A stretch of DNA of 63,387 nt, counting the filler, from Octopus bimaculoides (lineage: Eukaryota): the NCBI RefSeq assembly GCF_001194135.2. It is 10 parts of 8 records of this genome, joined end to end, with 100 filler letters (N's around TTAATTAATTAA, not from the genome) between each part and the next. Parts side by side here need not be neighbours in the genome. Positions count along the whole stretch, not along the records: positions 1 to 12,901 come from NW_026425317.1; positions 13,002 to 21,775 come from NC_068986.1; positions 21,876 to 30,743 come from NC_068989.1; 7 more parts are not named here. The stretch is one strand, 5' to 3'. Shown piece after piece: positions 10,401 to 22,673 of the stretch (its first letter is position 1; each line of letters begins with the position of its first letter). Under the pieces are notes generated by a model that worked only from the letters and a program-made list of their open reading frames with translations, was not told the origin of the DNA and searched no databases. The translations under genes were made by a program, and so were the position numbers.

Positions 10401-11959
10401 CCCCCTCCCTGGCCCACTTGTATTTTCCTTTTCTTTTGTCCAAACAGATTCACCACCAACCATGCTCTACCCATTCACCTCTCTTCTCATCTGTCACGCT
10501 CTGAAATTCATCACTTCTGTAAAGTGGTTGTCATTAAGAAAGGGCATTCAGCTATAGAAACCATACCAAGCAAATATTGGAGCTCAATGAAGTCATCTGG
10601 TTTGTCAGGTCCTGTCAAATTGTCCAATGTCAGCATAGAATACAGATATTAAATGATGATGATGCTGTAACAACAATTATGTACTACAATAGTTGCTAAC
10701 ATGCGAGGTTCTTAAGATTGGGTTTGTTTTTCAACAAATCTAAATTAGATGTCACTGTTAATGACATTCATTCTTGCTCTCCTCTCTCTTCTCCATCTGA
10801 GGTAGCCATGTTTTTTCTCATGCAAGACACCTTTCTGTCCTTCACTACTACTCCCCACCAACCAGTTGAGGGTCCTGCAAGTTACTTGGTGATCTCAGTA
10901 CTGCTGGTGCCATGTAAAAAGCATTCAGTACAATCTGTAAAATGGTTGACATTAGGGAGGGCATCCAGTCATAGAAACCTATGGTGGCTGAATACACATG
11001 ATAAATGTTTTACAGTATCAATCAAAGATTAAATAGCCCCAATTCTTGTCCTTAATTCAACAGACATGTTTTGTGAGACATGAAAGAACTATTTTGTCGT
11101 GGTGGCATAGCACAGTCATGCTTTGCCCATTTCATTCATTTACTGCTGGCTGCAGAAGGTACTTGTAGCAACTTCCACCCAGCAGTGTTGCACACCTATT
11201 TCAAGGAGCTAGGTCAGTTGCAGCATTGATGGCGAGGAAGCAACATCATTTTCAACAATGTAGCATGTTTTCTGTTCACTACCAACTTAATTGGCCGCAG
11301 ATTTAATGGCCCTAGTGCTACATCAATCTTTCAGCTATGAATTTATTATAGTGTTTACAACCTATGTTGCACAGCTCATTTTGTTTATAGCAGATTTCAT
11401 TTTGCAGCTTATAAGCATCAACTTAAATGCACCTTAAGTCTAGGGAATTTCATTCATGTCTCGCTACACATTTCTCATTCTTCCATTGCACTACACACTT
11501 TTTAACTTTTACACACTAACCTAAGTGGTAGTCTTTTTTAATGTAACACGTGTGGTTTACACTAAAGAATAAAGTACTATATTTTATTTACAACTTTGCC
11601 TTCTGATATTTATTTATACATTCATACTTGTTAAATTGGTGACTACCAATCCACTAAACTTGGGGCCCCCACTAGTGACGTTTCCACATATTGTCTCATT
11701 ACTAAATTGGTGACTCTTCCTACATAATTTTACATTACTAAACATGCGTATCTGATGGTTGGTATGCTTACAATGGTGTTGATGAAATAGGTGCTTGTGC
11801 ACACACACATTTTACAACTTGAAAAAGAAAAAAAATGTGCACACAAGGTTTTCAAGATGAAACTGGATTTTTAATCAAAGAAATTTGTGTGATAGTTACT
11901 AGCATGGATGTACACATACTTTGCAAAAAATTACAGTTTGCTCATAGACACATAAAAAG

Positions 11960-12135
11960 TTAGTACTGGTGCCACATAAATAAGCACTCAGTACACTGTA
12001 AAGTGGTTGGTGTTAGGAAGGGCATCCGGCTATAGAAACCATGCCAAAACAGACAATAGGACGTGGTGCAGCTTTTGTCAAACCGTCCAACGTATGCCAG
12101 TATGGAAAACGGACGTTAATGATGACGATGGTGAT
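11960..12135 (+). mobile_element. SINE family C fragment (GTTAGGAAGGGCATCC...GGACGTTAA(TGA)n tail)
   Basis: Same block at 10.5-10.7, 10.9, 17.8-18.1 and 33.5-33.7 kb. Confidence 0.75.
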
Positions 12136-12399
12136 TAAGGGGACAGCCAGGAAATTTCTGCCGGTTCTTATACATCCTTTAATTGAGGTTTTCATGAAAT
12201 ACTTCTAAGTTATCTATTTTGTTTAACTAGCAGGTTTAGGGGTTTTAAATAATAAAATTGAATTGACTAGGAATAACATAATTTCAAAAAGAGAACTAAA
12301 AAATATCCCAATTTCATCAACAGGACTCTCTCTCTCTCATTAAGCTGCTTGCAAAGGAACCTACTTGAATAGTGGCTTCTAAAGATCTGTTTACACGAA

Positions 12400-12620
12400 A
12401 TTATTGCATGTCACTGTCGTTATTCCGAACGGAAGAAGTACCAGGACCTGACAGTGAACTATCTCTTCCAACCTGTTGTGTTCGAGACTTTCGGAGGGAT
12501 TGGACCACTAGCCACGTTGGCAGGTGATGCCCGTGAGGACGTTTCGCTTTCCCAATGCCTTAGCATCGAACGTGGTAAAGCTGCGAGCGTGCTGGCTTGC
12601 TTCAGTAGGTTCCGTTAAAC
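12400..12620 (+). mobile_element. CRE-like non-LTR element 3' fragment (restriction-like endonuclease C-terminus)
   Basis: ERKKYQDLTVNYLFQPVVFETFGGIGP ... QCLSIERGKAASVLAC resembles the K.KY...F.PV..ET.G..G and Q.LS..RGNAA.V motifs of CRE-type RLE domains. Confidence 0.65.
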
Positions 12621-12901
12621 CTGATGGGTGCGACAAGTTGCTGTGATGAAAAAAAAAAAATCCCCACAAATGGTTTCAATACAATTTTAACAGAAAGCTA
12701 TGGAAGAATTAGATGAAAGTTCTCCGGTAATTTTCTTTCCTGTAAATAAATGTTAATTATACACGCTCCATGTTTAAATGTCGCCCAAGTTCTTCTGGGG
12801 TGAGATAAAAAATAAACACAATTTCAATCGATTGTAGTTCTTAAAATTGATGTTTTTTAAAAGTTGTTTGTTGTTTCTACGTTTTCATTTAATCATTTAT
12901 A

Positions 12902-13001
12902 NNNNNNNNNNNNNNNNNNNNNNNNNNNNNNNNNNNNNNNNNNNNTTAATTAATTAANNNNNNNNNNNNNNNNNNNNNNNNNNNNNNNNNNNNNNNNNNN
13001 N
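12902..13001. other. Assembly gap linker N44-TTAATTAATTAA-N44 (artefact; TTAATTAATTAA also at 21820, 30788, 33793, 48273, 53626, 56582, 59121, 61202)
   Basis: The same 12-mer, with stops in all six frames, sits inside N runs nine times. Confidence 0.95.
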
Positions 13002-13348
13002 AAAGCCAGGTACAGAGGTTTATCCTTAGCTAGGTATTTCTCCTGCAGCTGTCTCACTAGAAATAAGGCATCAGTAGTGCTTTTACCTGGCACGAACCCA
13101 AACTGCATCTCATCTAAATTGATTCGCTCCCTAATTAGTTGGGCTATGACCCTCTCTGTAACTTTCATAACCTGATCTAACAGCTTGATGCCTCTGTAAT
13201 TATTTGTATCTAAAGCGTCACCTTTACCTTTGTAGCAGTTGACTATGATGCTGCTACACCAGTCATTGGGTATGACTCCTTCGTGTATCACCTGGTTCGT
13301 AATACGGGTGACTAGGCTATAGCCAACACTGCCAGATATTTTGAGCAT
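13002..13348 (-). mobile_element. RTE LINE reverse transcriptase fragment (open frame, cut by gap)
   Basis: IPNDWCSSIIVNCYKGKGDALDTNNYRGIKLL...QFGFVPGKSTTDALFLVRQLQEKYL. Confidence 0.92.
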
Positions 13349-13407
13349 GTGTGTGTGTATGTGTGTGTGTGTGTGCGTGTGTGTGTGTATATACATATAT
13401 GTATGTG

Positions 13408-13438
<31 letters not shown>

Positions 13439-13527
13439 ATGTATATATATAAATATAAATATAAAATATGTATATATATGTATGTGTATCTGTGTGTGTG
13501 TTGTGGTGTGGTGTATATCTAACAATT

Positions 13528-13745
13528 TGTGTGTGTGTTTGTCTTTTCCCCACCACCACCGCCATTACTTGACAAGTGGTATTAGTTTATTTGCATCCCC
13601 ATAACTTAGCAGTTCAGTCAAAAGGAGTGATTCAATAAGTAACAAGCTTAAAAATAAGTATTGAGGCCAATTTGTTCAAGTAAACCTTTCAAGGTGATGA
13701 TCCAGTATGGCTACAGTCCAATGACTGAAACAAGTAAAAGATAAA
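13528..13745 (+). mobile_element. SINE family A, 3' half
   Basis: Ends ...CAGTCCAATGACTGAAACAAGTAAAAGAT. Confidence 0.75.
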
Positions 13746-14734
13746 TGATTAACAATAAGATAAGTGAAGTCTTAGATAATATCACACTGAAGCAATTAAT
13801 GAAATTAATAAGGGGTTGGAGTAATGTCAACAGTAACATCACTGAATCTATTGATGTAAAGATATTTTGAGAAGAAAAGTTATTGATTTTGTATTTGATA
13901 ATCAATAATTATGGAGGAAAAATAGATTTAGAAAGTTTTGATCTAGAGGACAGCAGCAGATTAAACTAATGAAATAGAAGTATAAATACTTTGGTGCTTG
14001 AGAATATCAATACTTTAAAACAAGATTTTTTTTTTTCATCTCTGGCATAATGTTTAGCATATTGCTTAACAATAGGTGTTCTAATTAATGCAAGTATTAG
14101 GCAAGCAATCTGTAGTTGTCCTTTTGTGTTTTTATGTTTTAAGGTCATCAGAAAATCAAATATTTGACTTAGTATTTTGAATAGAACATTAAGAAAAAAA
14201 CATGTAAATTTTAATACAATGTCTGAAGACATGTTTTACAATTTCCACAAGTGACTACTTTGGTTCAACAAAAATATAATAGTCATCAAAACATTGCAGC
14301 TTTTATCAATGAAAACTGTACCTTTCATCTTGCTCCCATATACTCTATCAATCTATCATCACTGGAAAACGCTATACTTTGCTAAGGAGATCTAATAATA
14401 CAGAAATATATCCAGAGTTGTCTAACCTTACTACCCAGAACATTCTCACTCATATTGTATTTTTAACTATAGGTTGTCTCCTCTTTCTTTATTCACCCAT
14501 TTGGTAAATAAGTTGATGTTATTTTATAAATGTAATTTTAATTATAAATGTAATTGCAATTAGTTAAATTTCCTTGGTTCACTACATTAACTATGTCAAC
14601 TCTAATCTCTCATATAATCTGTTATACCTTCAGATGTTGATTATTATGTTGCCTCTGCAGTATTGCAACAAATTAATTAAATGCATACAACATGCTGAGA
14701 AAACTCTTTGCAATTGATAGCTGCATATTTATTT

Positions 14735-15222
14735 TTGCTTTAACTTGTTTCAATCATTAGACTGTGGCCATGCTGGGGTACTGCCTTGAAAAGCAAATCA
14801 ACTCCAGTACTTATTTCTTTTTTTATAAGCCTGGTACTTTTATAAGCCTGGTCTCTTTTGCCAAACTACTAAGTTACAGAGATGTAAATGCACCATCAGC
14901 TGTCACACAGTGGTGGAGGACAAACACACACACAAAGATACAGACGCAGGCACCTGCACACACACCCACCCACCCACACACACAAAGATACAGACGCATG
15001 CACCTGCACACACAAAACACACACACACACATACACATACACATACAAACCAACACACATATATATACGACAGGTTTCTTTCAGTTTCCGTCTACCAAAT
15101 CCACTCACAAGGCTTTGGCTGGCCTGGAGCTTTAGTACAAAACACTTCCCCAGAAGAACTGGACCAGGAACCAAGTAAGTAGTTGGCAAGCAATTTCTTA
15201 CCATACAGCCACACTTGTGCAG
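14735..15222 (-). mobile_element. SINE family A, near full length
   Basis: Both halves are present around a CA-rich core. Confidence 0.85.
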
Positions 15223-16170
15223 CTATATAATACTCTCAATATTGTAATTTAATATATGTGTGTATGTGTATTAAGCATTTATGTGTATACATTTGCATAT
15301 ATATATGTATATATGTATTTGGTGGAAATCAACTAATATCCAAGTAACACTACTTCCTAAACACTGTAAGTCTGTGTAAACATTCTGAGAGTCCAAAATG
15401 TTCCTGTATATGAATTTATTTTAAGTGGATAAAGTGTTGCACAGCACTGACCCCACATTTCAGCACAATTAGCTACAAAACCAGTGGTGCAACAGAGGTT
15501 GAGATAACCAGAAACTAACTGAACTTCAGCTTTTTATCAGACTCTGATACTGTGTGGGCTGAAATCCTCATTGACAGGCTTCTGATATTAAATAAAATGT
15601 TAAGCACACTATGCAAATTAATAGCTCCAGATTTCTGTAATCACTGAATTTTGTTATAAACAGATTGGCTACTTTTTTCTTTGAGATTGGTGAAACTGAT
15701 GAGAACCCAATTGGTGGTTCACCATTTTTTTCAATATATGTAGAAATAGAGATATTTATTTATATATCTATTATATCTACTAATGATATATATATATACT
15801 TTATTAATAAGGATGCAAAGGCATTATAAAAACTGTTACTCAGAGTTTCACATTTCTGTTCGTTGGACAGAACCAAAACTGTCCGACAAATGGGAATGTG
15901 TAACTCTGAGTAACGGTTTTTGTGAAGTCATTGCAGCTTTATTAATAAAGCATATTACTCTACCTCCGGTATTCAAGTACTATTTTTTCCACCTTGTTTC
16001 ACATTTATGTGCTTATTCTGGTGTATACATACATAAATATTGAACAATGAGAATGAGTGCTCGACATGGCATTGATGGATAAAGATTCTTTATTTGTGTA
16101 TTAAGGCTACCATTGGTTTCATGTAAGGATATATCTCAACAATTTTTCAAGCCATCACATAGAAAAATTG

Positions 16171-16214
16171 GTGTTTGTCTCCATTTTGGATTAATCCAAA
16201 ATGGAGACAAACAC
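16171..16214. repeat. Perfect 44-bp palindrome with no spacer
   Basis: GTGTTTGTCTCCATTTTGGATT|AATCCAAAATGGAGACAAACAC. Confidence 0.95.
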
Positions 16215-16242
16215 AATATGTTGTGAATAATTAATAACCACT

Positions 16243-16845
16243 ATGGTTGGATTTACCTTTAAGATGTCTGAAAGAATGCTATCAAATAGAACTGAAGAAA
16301 TTAGTGTGAAAAAGAACTGTAAAAGGATTATACTGGATATTAAACTTGATGTTCTAAAAGGGCTTGATGCAATAAAAAAAGTAAGTTGTATTGCGAAAAC
16401 ATTAAGTATTGCAACATCTACAGTGAGAACAATACATGATAAGAGAGAGAAAATTATGTCAAATGCCCAAACATTATTTTTCATTAGATCTAATGTAATA
16501 CTTAAAATGGGATGAATTTTGAGTGCATGGACTGAGAATCAGAATCAGCATAATCTACTGATAAACACGATGGTAATGCAGAAAAAAGAGCCAAAAGTTT
16601 ATATGATTTGCAGAAAAAGGAAGGTGAAACTTCAATTAAAAATCCCTTTTTGGTTAGTAAAGGCTGGTTTGAAAGGTTTAAGAAATGCATGAATTTGCAC
16701 AACAAAAAAATGACAGATGAAACTGCAAGCACTGATGCAGAGGCTGCTACTAATTATCCTGAGAAATTGAAGAAAGTGATAGCTGAAGGGGTCTACACAA
16801 AAGAGCATGTATACAATGTTGATGAAACTCAACATTGGTATTAAC
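16243..16845 (+). mobile_element. Tigger/pogo transposase fragment (CENP-B-type HTH, HTH_Tnp_Tc5, start of DDE)
   Basis: KRIILDIKLDVL...IAKTLSIATSTVRTI; FLVSKGWFERFKK; YPEKLKKVIAEG.Y...VYNVDET. Frameshifted. Confidence 0.9.
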
Positions 16846-17090
16846 TGAGGTATCTTCAGCATTTGTCTATAAAACCATCAATAAATTACTAAAGTTGATT
16901 TAAGAGACTTAATTCATTCACCACAGAATTTAAAACAAGGATGTCAAACATAATATGTTCTGCAGGCAGGATCCAGTCCACATCAATGTTTACTGTGGCC
17001 ACGGGCTCAGTTTCATGTATAAACATTTTATTATTTTTTTTAGTTTAAAATATATATGTATGTATATATATATATATATATAGATAGATC

Positions 17091-17125
<35 letters not shown>

Positions 17126-17390
17126 TTCACAGACATGCATTCAGAGTTGGAGCCCAGCTGGAGTCAGGATTAATGCCATTTCAAATTAGTCAGATCAGTG
17201 CACCTTAAGGAATCTTTTGTTATCACAACCAATGAAAAAGAAGTTAATAAATCTATATACTTAAATGTACGACATATTTCCCCTTCACTTTTGACTACAT
17301 ATGTCAAGCCAAATAAGTTTTAATTTTTTTCTGTTTTTTTAAAGTTACACACGTTTTCTCGAATGGATTCTAGTGAAATATATAATATTG

Positions 17391-17601
17391 ATTTCAAATT
17401 TTGGCACAAGACCTGCAAGTTTGAGGGAGCAGGTAAACAAATTACATCAACCCCAGTGCTCAGTGGTACTTATTTTTTCAACTCTGAAAGGATGAAAGGC
17501 AAGGTCAACCTCAGCAGGATTTGAATTCAGAATGTAAAGATGGATGAAATGCTGCTGATCATTTTGCCCATTGTACTAACAATTCTGTCAGCTCACCACC
17601 T
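17391..17601 (-). mobile_element. SINE family D with ~20-bp TSD
   Basis: Head AAGGTGGTGAGCTGACAGAAT on the minus strand. TSD 17371-17390 vs 17602-17621 matches 16/20. Confidence 0.85.
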
Positions 17602-17804
17602 TAGTGATATGTACAATACTGAAAAGGTTTTTGCAGCTGAAGCAGTGCAAGCTTTCTATCATTTGACATATTTCAATTTCTGTTCTAATCCTAAAGACTC
17701 ATCCCTAATAGTGTAGCATATATACTTTGTAGATGCGTTTTTTCCTATTCATTTCACCCCATGAATTTTGCTAATACCTTATAATTTTACTTTTCTCTAT
17801 TGTT

Positions 17805-18140
17805 ATCATCATCATCATCGTTTAACGTCCGCTTTCCATGCTAGCATGGGTTGGACGATTTGACTGAGGACTGGTGAAACCGGATGGCAACACCAGGCTC
17901 CAATCTAAATTTGGCAGAGTTTCTACAGCTGGATGCCCTTCCTAACGCCAACCACTCAGAGAGTGTAGTAGGTGCTTTTACGTGTCACCTGCACGAAGGC
18001 CAGTCAGGCGATACTGGCAACAGCCACGCTCAAAATGGTGTCTTTTATGTGCCACCCACACAAGCCAGTCCAGGGGCACTGGCAACGATCTCGCTCGAAA
18101 ATCCTACGAAGGCCAGTCAGGTGGTACTGGCAATGCTTTT
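17805..18140 (-). mobile_element. SINE family C
   Basis: (CAT)n + GTTTAACGTCCGCTTTCCATGCTAGCATGGG...GGATGCCCTTCCTAACGCC, with internal GGCCAGTCAGG..TACTGGCAA repeats. Confidence 0.85.
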
Positions 18141-18213
18141 ATAATGTTCATTGATACTTTATTCATTTATTACATTACAAATAGTGTTTTTATGAATAAT
18201 TGTCTCTATTCAG

Positions 18214-18274
18214 ATCATGAGATCTAGTTTGTGCTTCAATCCAGACCTTAAAGCTGGCACGTTTGATATCCTTG
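18214..18274 (+). CDS. Candidate exon (IMRSSLCFNPDLKAGTFDIL)
   Basis: Acceptor TGTCTCTATTCAG, only one open frame, weak donor GTGTAA. Confidence 0.2.
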
Positions 18275-19099
18275 GTGTAAAAAAAAAATTGGAGATTTTT
18301 TCACAGGTCAAAGAAAGAGCTTCTAAAAAAAACAATCAAATTTTTACCATGTTTTTATTAATTTCTTTCTTTTTTACCCAGTTCTTATCAAAACATATTC
18401 TACCAAATTAACTCATTTCAATAATTAATAATGTTAAATATAAGCATAAAAGGAAAATGAAAAACTTTTGAATCAAATCTATCATGACTATTTTTACATA
18501 TAAGATTACTAGACAGAAAATATTCATTTCTGTTTCATTCATCACTCTTAAATACAAATACCATTTTAGCAGAAAAATCACAATATCTTTAACTATTCAA
18601 TACTTCTGTTTATGATGCTTTTGCTAGATATGTATTAACACCAAAAATATTTTTATTGATTTTCATCAATCACAACTGACATTTATTTTGCGTTACCTAA
18701 TTCTCTCTCTCTCTCTCTCTCTCNNNNNNNNNNATATAGTGACTTGTAGGGACACCATATTTTGTTGTGTAACTATAATATACTACAAAGTATATTAAAT
18801 GCATTATATATATATATACAGCTACAACATTGATTTTCCAGAAACTTTGGTTCCAAAGTCTTTCTGGATTATTGATTTTCCAAATGTGGAGTGGCCACCT
18901 GGACAGCACACTCTAAACTAAACGAATATTAAATTTACCAGACAAATTTTCTATGGTTGGATGCTCTTCCTCTTGCCAACCTTCACATACTTCCAAGAAA
19001 AGAAAAATTTGTGCATGACTAGTCATGATTTTATGGAAGATAGTAAATGAATAACATGACTTGTTTACAGTTAACATGCGATGTCAAGCAAGGATGCAA

Positions 19100-19139
<40 letters not shown>

Positions 19140-19140
19140 A

Positions 19141-19800
19141 ATGGGCTTCTTTTAGTTTCTGTCAACCAAGTTCACTCGCAATGCTTTGGCAACCCAGGGC
19201 TAGAGTAGCAGACACTTGCCAAGGTGCCTCAGAATGAGACTGAATTTTTCAACCACACAGCCATACCTGTGCATACATCAAAGTATCCTAGATTTATATT
19301 CTACAAGAAAAAAGAATGAGGTAAAAAAAACTGTAAGGATGATCTGGAAACTTGACTGATGAGAGAAGACTGCGAATGACAAGTCCTTGTTTTTCCCTAT
19401 CTGTCTTTTGGGTGTTTTTCCTGTCCACCTTTGTATCATCTATCTGTCTGTATGTTTCATTATCACCTGTTGCATTCTTGTTCCATTTATTGCCTGTTTG
19501 TCCTCCACCACTGCTTGACAACTGGTGTTAGTGTGTTTATGTCCCCATAACTTAGCAGTATGGCAAAAGATATCAATAGGATAAGTACCACGCTTAAGAA
19601 AAAAGTACTGGAGTCAATTCATTTCACTAAAATGTCTTTAAGGCGGTGCCCCAGCATGGCCACAGTCTAATGACTGAAACAAGTAAAAGATAAAAGATAA
19701 AGATGAAAGATATATATCTTTTACTTGTTTCAACCATAAAACTGTGGCCATTCTGGAGCACTGCCTTGCAGAACTTTTAGCAGAATGAATTGACCCCTGG
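19141..19800. mobile_element. Cluster of SINE family A fragments (19141-19272 -, 19490-19705 +, 19715-19800 -)
   Basis: Partial matches to family A blocks. Confidence 0.7.
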
Positions 19801-20081
19801 ACATATTTTTATATAATATATATATATACAAGCATCAGATCAAAAATCCTCTGTTTTGTTATTTTTTTAAGTATGTTCCTCACACATTGAAGCAATTTCT
19901 GCTTATCTAAAATGGTGATACAGATTGTAATTATGATAACAAACAGCAGTTATGAATCAATGAGGAGATATATGTGTATACACATATATATGTACATATA
20001 TAAATGTATGCATGCAATGTATGCATGTACGAATCCATATATGTGTGTGTATGTGTGTGTGTGTGTGTATACATACATGCA

Positions 20082-20149
<68 letters not shown>

Positions 20150-20150
<1 letters not shown>

Positions 20151-20400
20151 TATATATGTGGAAAATCGCTGTGTGTTTGTTTGTGGCATTATTAGCTAAC
20201 TCCTCCTACATCGTTTTATTGATTTTGATGAAACTTGACACGTGAGTAGAAGTCAAGTCTGAAAACCTCATGACATACTTCGATTGTTGAAAAAAATCGA
20301 TAATACGGCCCCTGGAAGGGATCTATATATCTACCTCATATAACTACTTTTTTGAACACCCAAGGGAAATAACCCATAGCACCTGCACAATATATGTTTT
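20150..20400 (+). mobile_element. DINE-1/HINE-like (Helentron-associated) fragment
   Basis: GTGTGTTTGTTTGT microsatellite followed by GCTAACTCCTCC...GATTTTGATGAAACTTG, resembling the core of such elements. Confidence 0.4.
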
Positions 20401-20454
20401 TTAAACACTCAAGGGTTAGTTTTTAGAGAAGCGATCAATATTTAATTCTCACGA

Positions 20455-20770
20455 TCAGCGGACCTAAATCTGCATTTCACTACTCACAGTCTTCAACTGC
20501 TAAACCTTATTATTACACTTTCTTGATGCATGTACACTTTCAATGCCCATAACTCTGATAATTCTGCATTTTTCCAGTTAAATGTTTCCGATTACAGTAC
20601 ATAAATTTTTTATTCCAGATTCAGCAGACCTAAATCTGCATTTCACTACTCACAGTTTTCAAATGCTAAACCTTATTATTGCACTTTCTTGATGCATGTA
20701 CACTTTCAATGCCCATAACTCCAATAATTCTGCATTTTTCAATGTCAATACATAAATTTTTGATTCCAGA
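20455..20770. repeat. Tandem duplication, period ~166 bp, next to a Tc1/mariner-type TIR (GGGACACCCTGTA, 20867-20879)
   Basis: Copies start TCAGCGGACCTAAATCTGC (20455) and TCAGCAGACCTAAATCTGC (20621). Confidence 0.85.
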
Positions 20771-21408
20771 ACATGTTTAATAAGTGTGTCCCAATACAAT
20801 GAACTCATACTTTGAATGCTTAAAATTCTTAAAAAATGAAACCAAGCTCCCACACTGCATTCAGTTGGGACACCCTGTATCACTCATGAACCCTTCAAGG
20901 CAGTGCCCCAGCATAGCCACAGTCAAATGACTGAAACAAATGAAAGATTAAAGATAACAGATAGCTATTTCTGCCACTCCAACACTGTTGTAGAAAATGT
21001 TTTACCACTTGCTGGGTGCTTCACAATTCCATACATAATTCATGGAAGGAAAAGGTGAGGACAAGATCTCTCTGAATAAATAACAATAATAATTTATTTC
21101 TCTGATTAAACGTTCCATCTCTGGTTAGCGGTAACCATGAACACCCAGGTGAAGAAGCAGCAGGGTTGGTAGTTAGGCACCAAGACAATAAGGCATTATT
21201 ACAGACTCGTGGTGCCGCTCGCCATTAAGAGTCCCATCCTCGACGAAGCTGCTCTAAGTTGCGTCCTTCCCGGTCAGAAGCCGTGATCAAAGAGAGTGAA
21301 TGGTGGTGTACCCAATCTGCTGCAGATGATTGCGCATGCACATAAGGGGCTTCCGTCAGGTCTTCGGAAGGCTCTAATCCTTGCGTATGCATAGATGAAT
21401 GTTCCAAC

Positions 21409-21518
21409 ATGGCGTCTAGAACTATGCGTCACTACACCGTCATTTGTAATACTAAATTTACTCCTGAAATAATACAGAAAAAATTAAATCCAGTATATTC
21501 AAGTTATAAAACTGATAG
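21409..21518 (+). CDS. Candidate first coding exon (MASRTMRHYTVICNTKFTPEIIQKKLNPVYSSYKTD)
   Basis: CAACATGGCG start context and donor AG|GTAATT at 21519, in a locally GC-richer non-repeat island. An alternative minus-strand reading exists. Confidence 0.3.
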
Positions 21519-21577
21519 GTAATTTTAAATTCCAGATAATGATTTCTGTTTTTTTTGTATATGCAAAGGTATGACTA

Positions 21578-21738
21578 TGTACAGGTGTGGTTGTGTGGTT
21601 AAGATGTTTATTTCCTAACCACATGGTTTCAAGTTCAATCCCACTGTACAACACTTTGGGCAAGTGTCTTCTATTATAGCCCCAGGTGGACCGATGCCTT
21701 GTGAGTGGATTTGTCAGATAGAAACTGAAAGAAGCACA

Positions 21739-21742
<4 letters not shown>
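21578..21742 (+). mobile_element. SINE family A, 5' half
   Basis: GTGGTTGTGTGGTTAAG...GGTTTCAAGTTCAATCCCACTG...GGCAAGTGTCTTCTATTATAGCC. Confidence 0.8.
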
Positions 21743-21775
<33 letters not shown>

Positions 21776-21875
21776 NNNNNNNNNNNNNNNNNNNNNNNNN
21801 NNNNNNNNNNNNNNNNNNNTTAATTAATTAANNNNNNNNNNNNNNNNNNNNNNNNNNNNNNNNNNNNNNNNNNNN

Positions 21876-21910
<35 letters not shown>

Positions 21911-22673
21911 TATATTTATATGTGTGCGTGTGTGAGTGCAAACCAGTATATCTCAGGACATGTGAGCGTATATTAGTGCACGTGTAGGTGTAAGTATATG
22001 TGTTTGTATTTTTGTGTATCATCTTCGCTACTTAATCGTAGACTTTCAATTAGGATCGTAAAATTTGTGATGACGTGTTTCATCAACTTCCTTTTTGTTA
22101 ACGACTTTAAATCAATATTAAAAATTAAACTTCTCTGCCTTAGATAAATATCAACAAAAGGAAAACGTATGCATCTTCTTTCGATAAAAAGCAAAAAAAG
22201 AAAACAAAAAAAAAACAACGAAAAGAATTTTAAAATTCATAATTTGATTAAACATAAGGAATGATACAAACAGAAAGTGTCTCTGAGTTTTGACATCCTA
22301 GCATTATAAACATAATCTTTATAGAAAGAGCAATCTATTTTCATAAGACATATTGATAAGAATATTCCTGTAACGCAAAGTAGTTATGAAGTGTGTGGAC
22401 CAATTATAATGCAAGTGACGCCACACATTAAATGTGAGTTTGTATTTATTTTAAATTCTAGTATACAACTTATTTCAGGGTTTCATAAGATAGTTTCTGA
22501 GCAGATAAAAGAAATGGTTAACAGTATTTAAATAACCTTGACAGAAGCACCACATGTATTTCTGTTTCATTTTATCGATGTTGTTAATGAGATTACAGAT
22601 ATAGTAAAAAGATTACTGTCGAATATAATTTCATGTAGAATAACAGCAAGCTTTATATCGTGAACAGATTTAC

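Noticed and set aside
15716-15723. CTGATGAG followed by a short AACC/GGTT stem (about 15700-15725) as a hammerhead
   Set aside because: No GAAA follows the stem.
15520-15745. Peptides DSDTVWAEILIDRLL and IGYFFLEIGETDENPIGGSPF as exons
   Set aside because: The splice phases conflict, and they could equally be a hAT relic or chance. Not supportable without a search.
21269-21464. Cadherin-like reading of the minus strand
   Set aside because: It lacks the conserved acidic calcium-binding motifs and the motif spacing is wrong.
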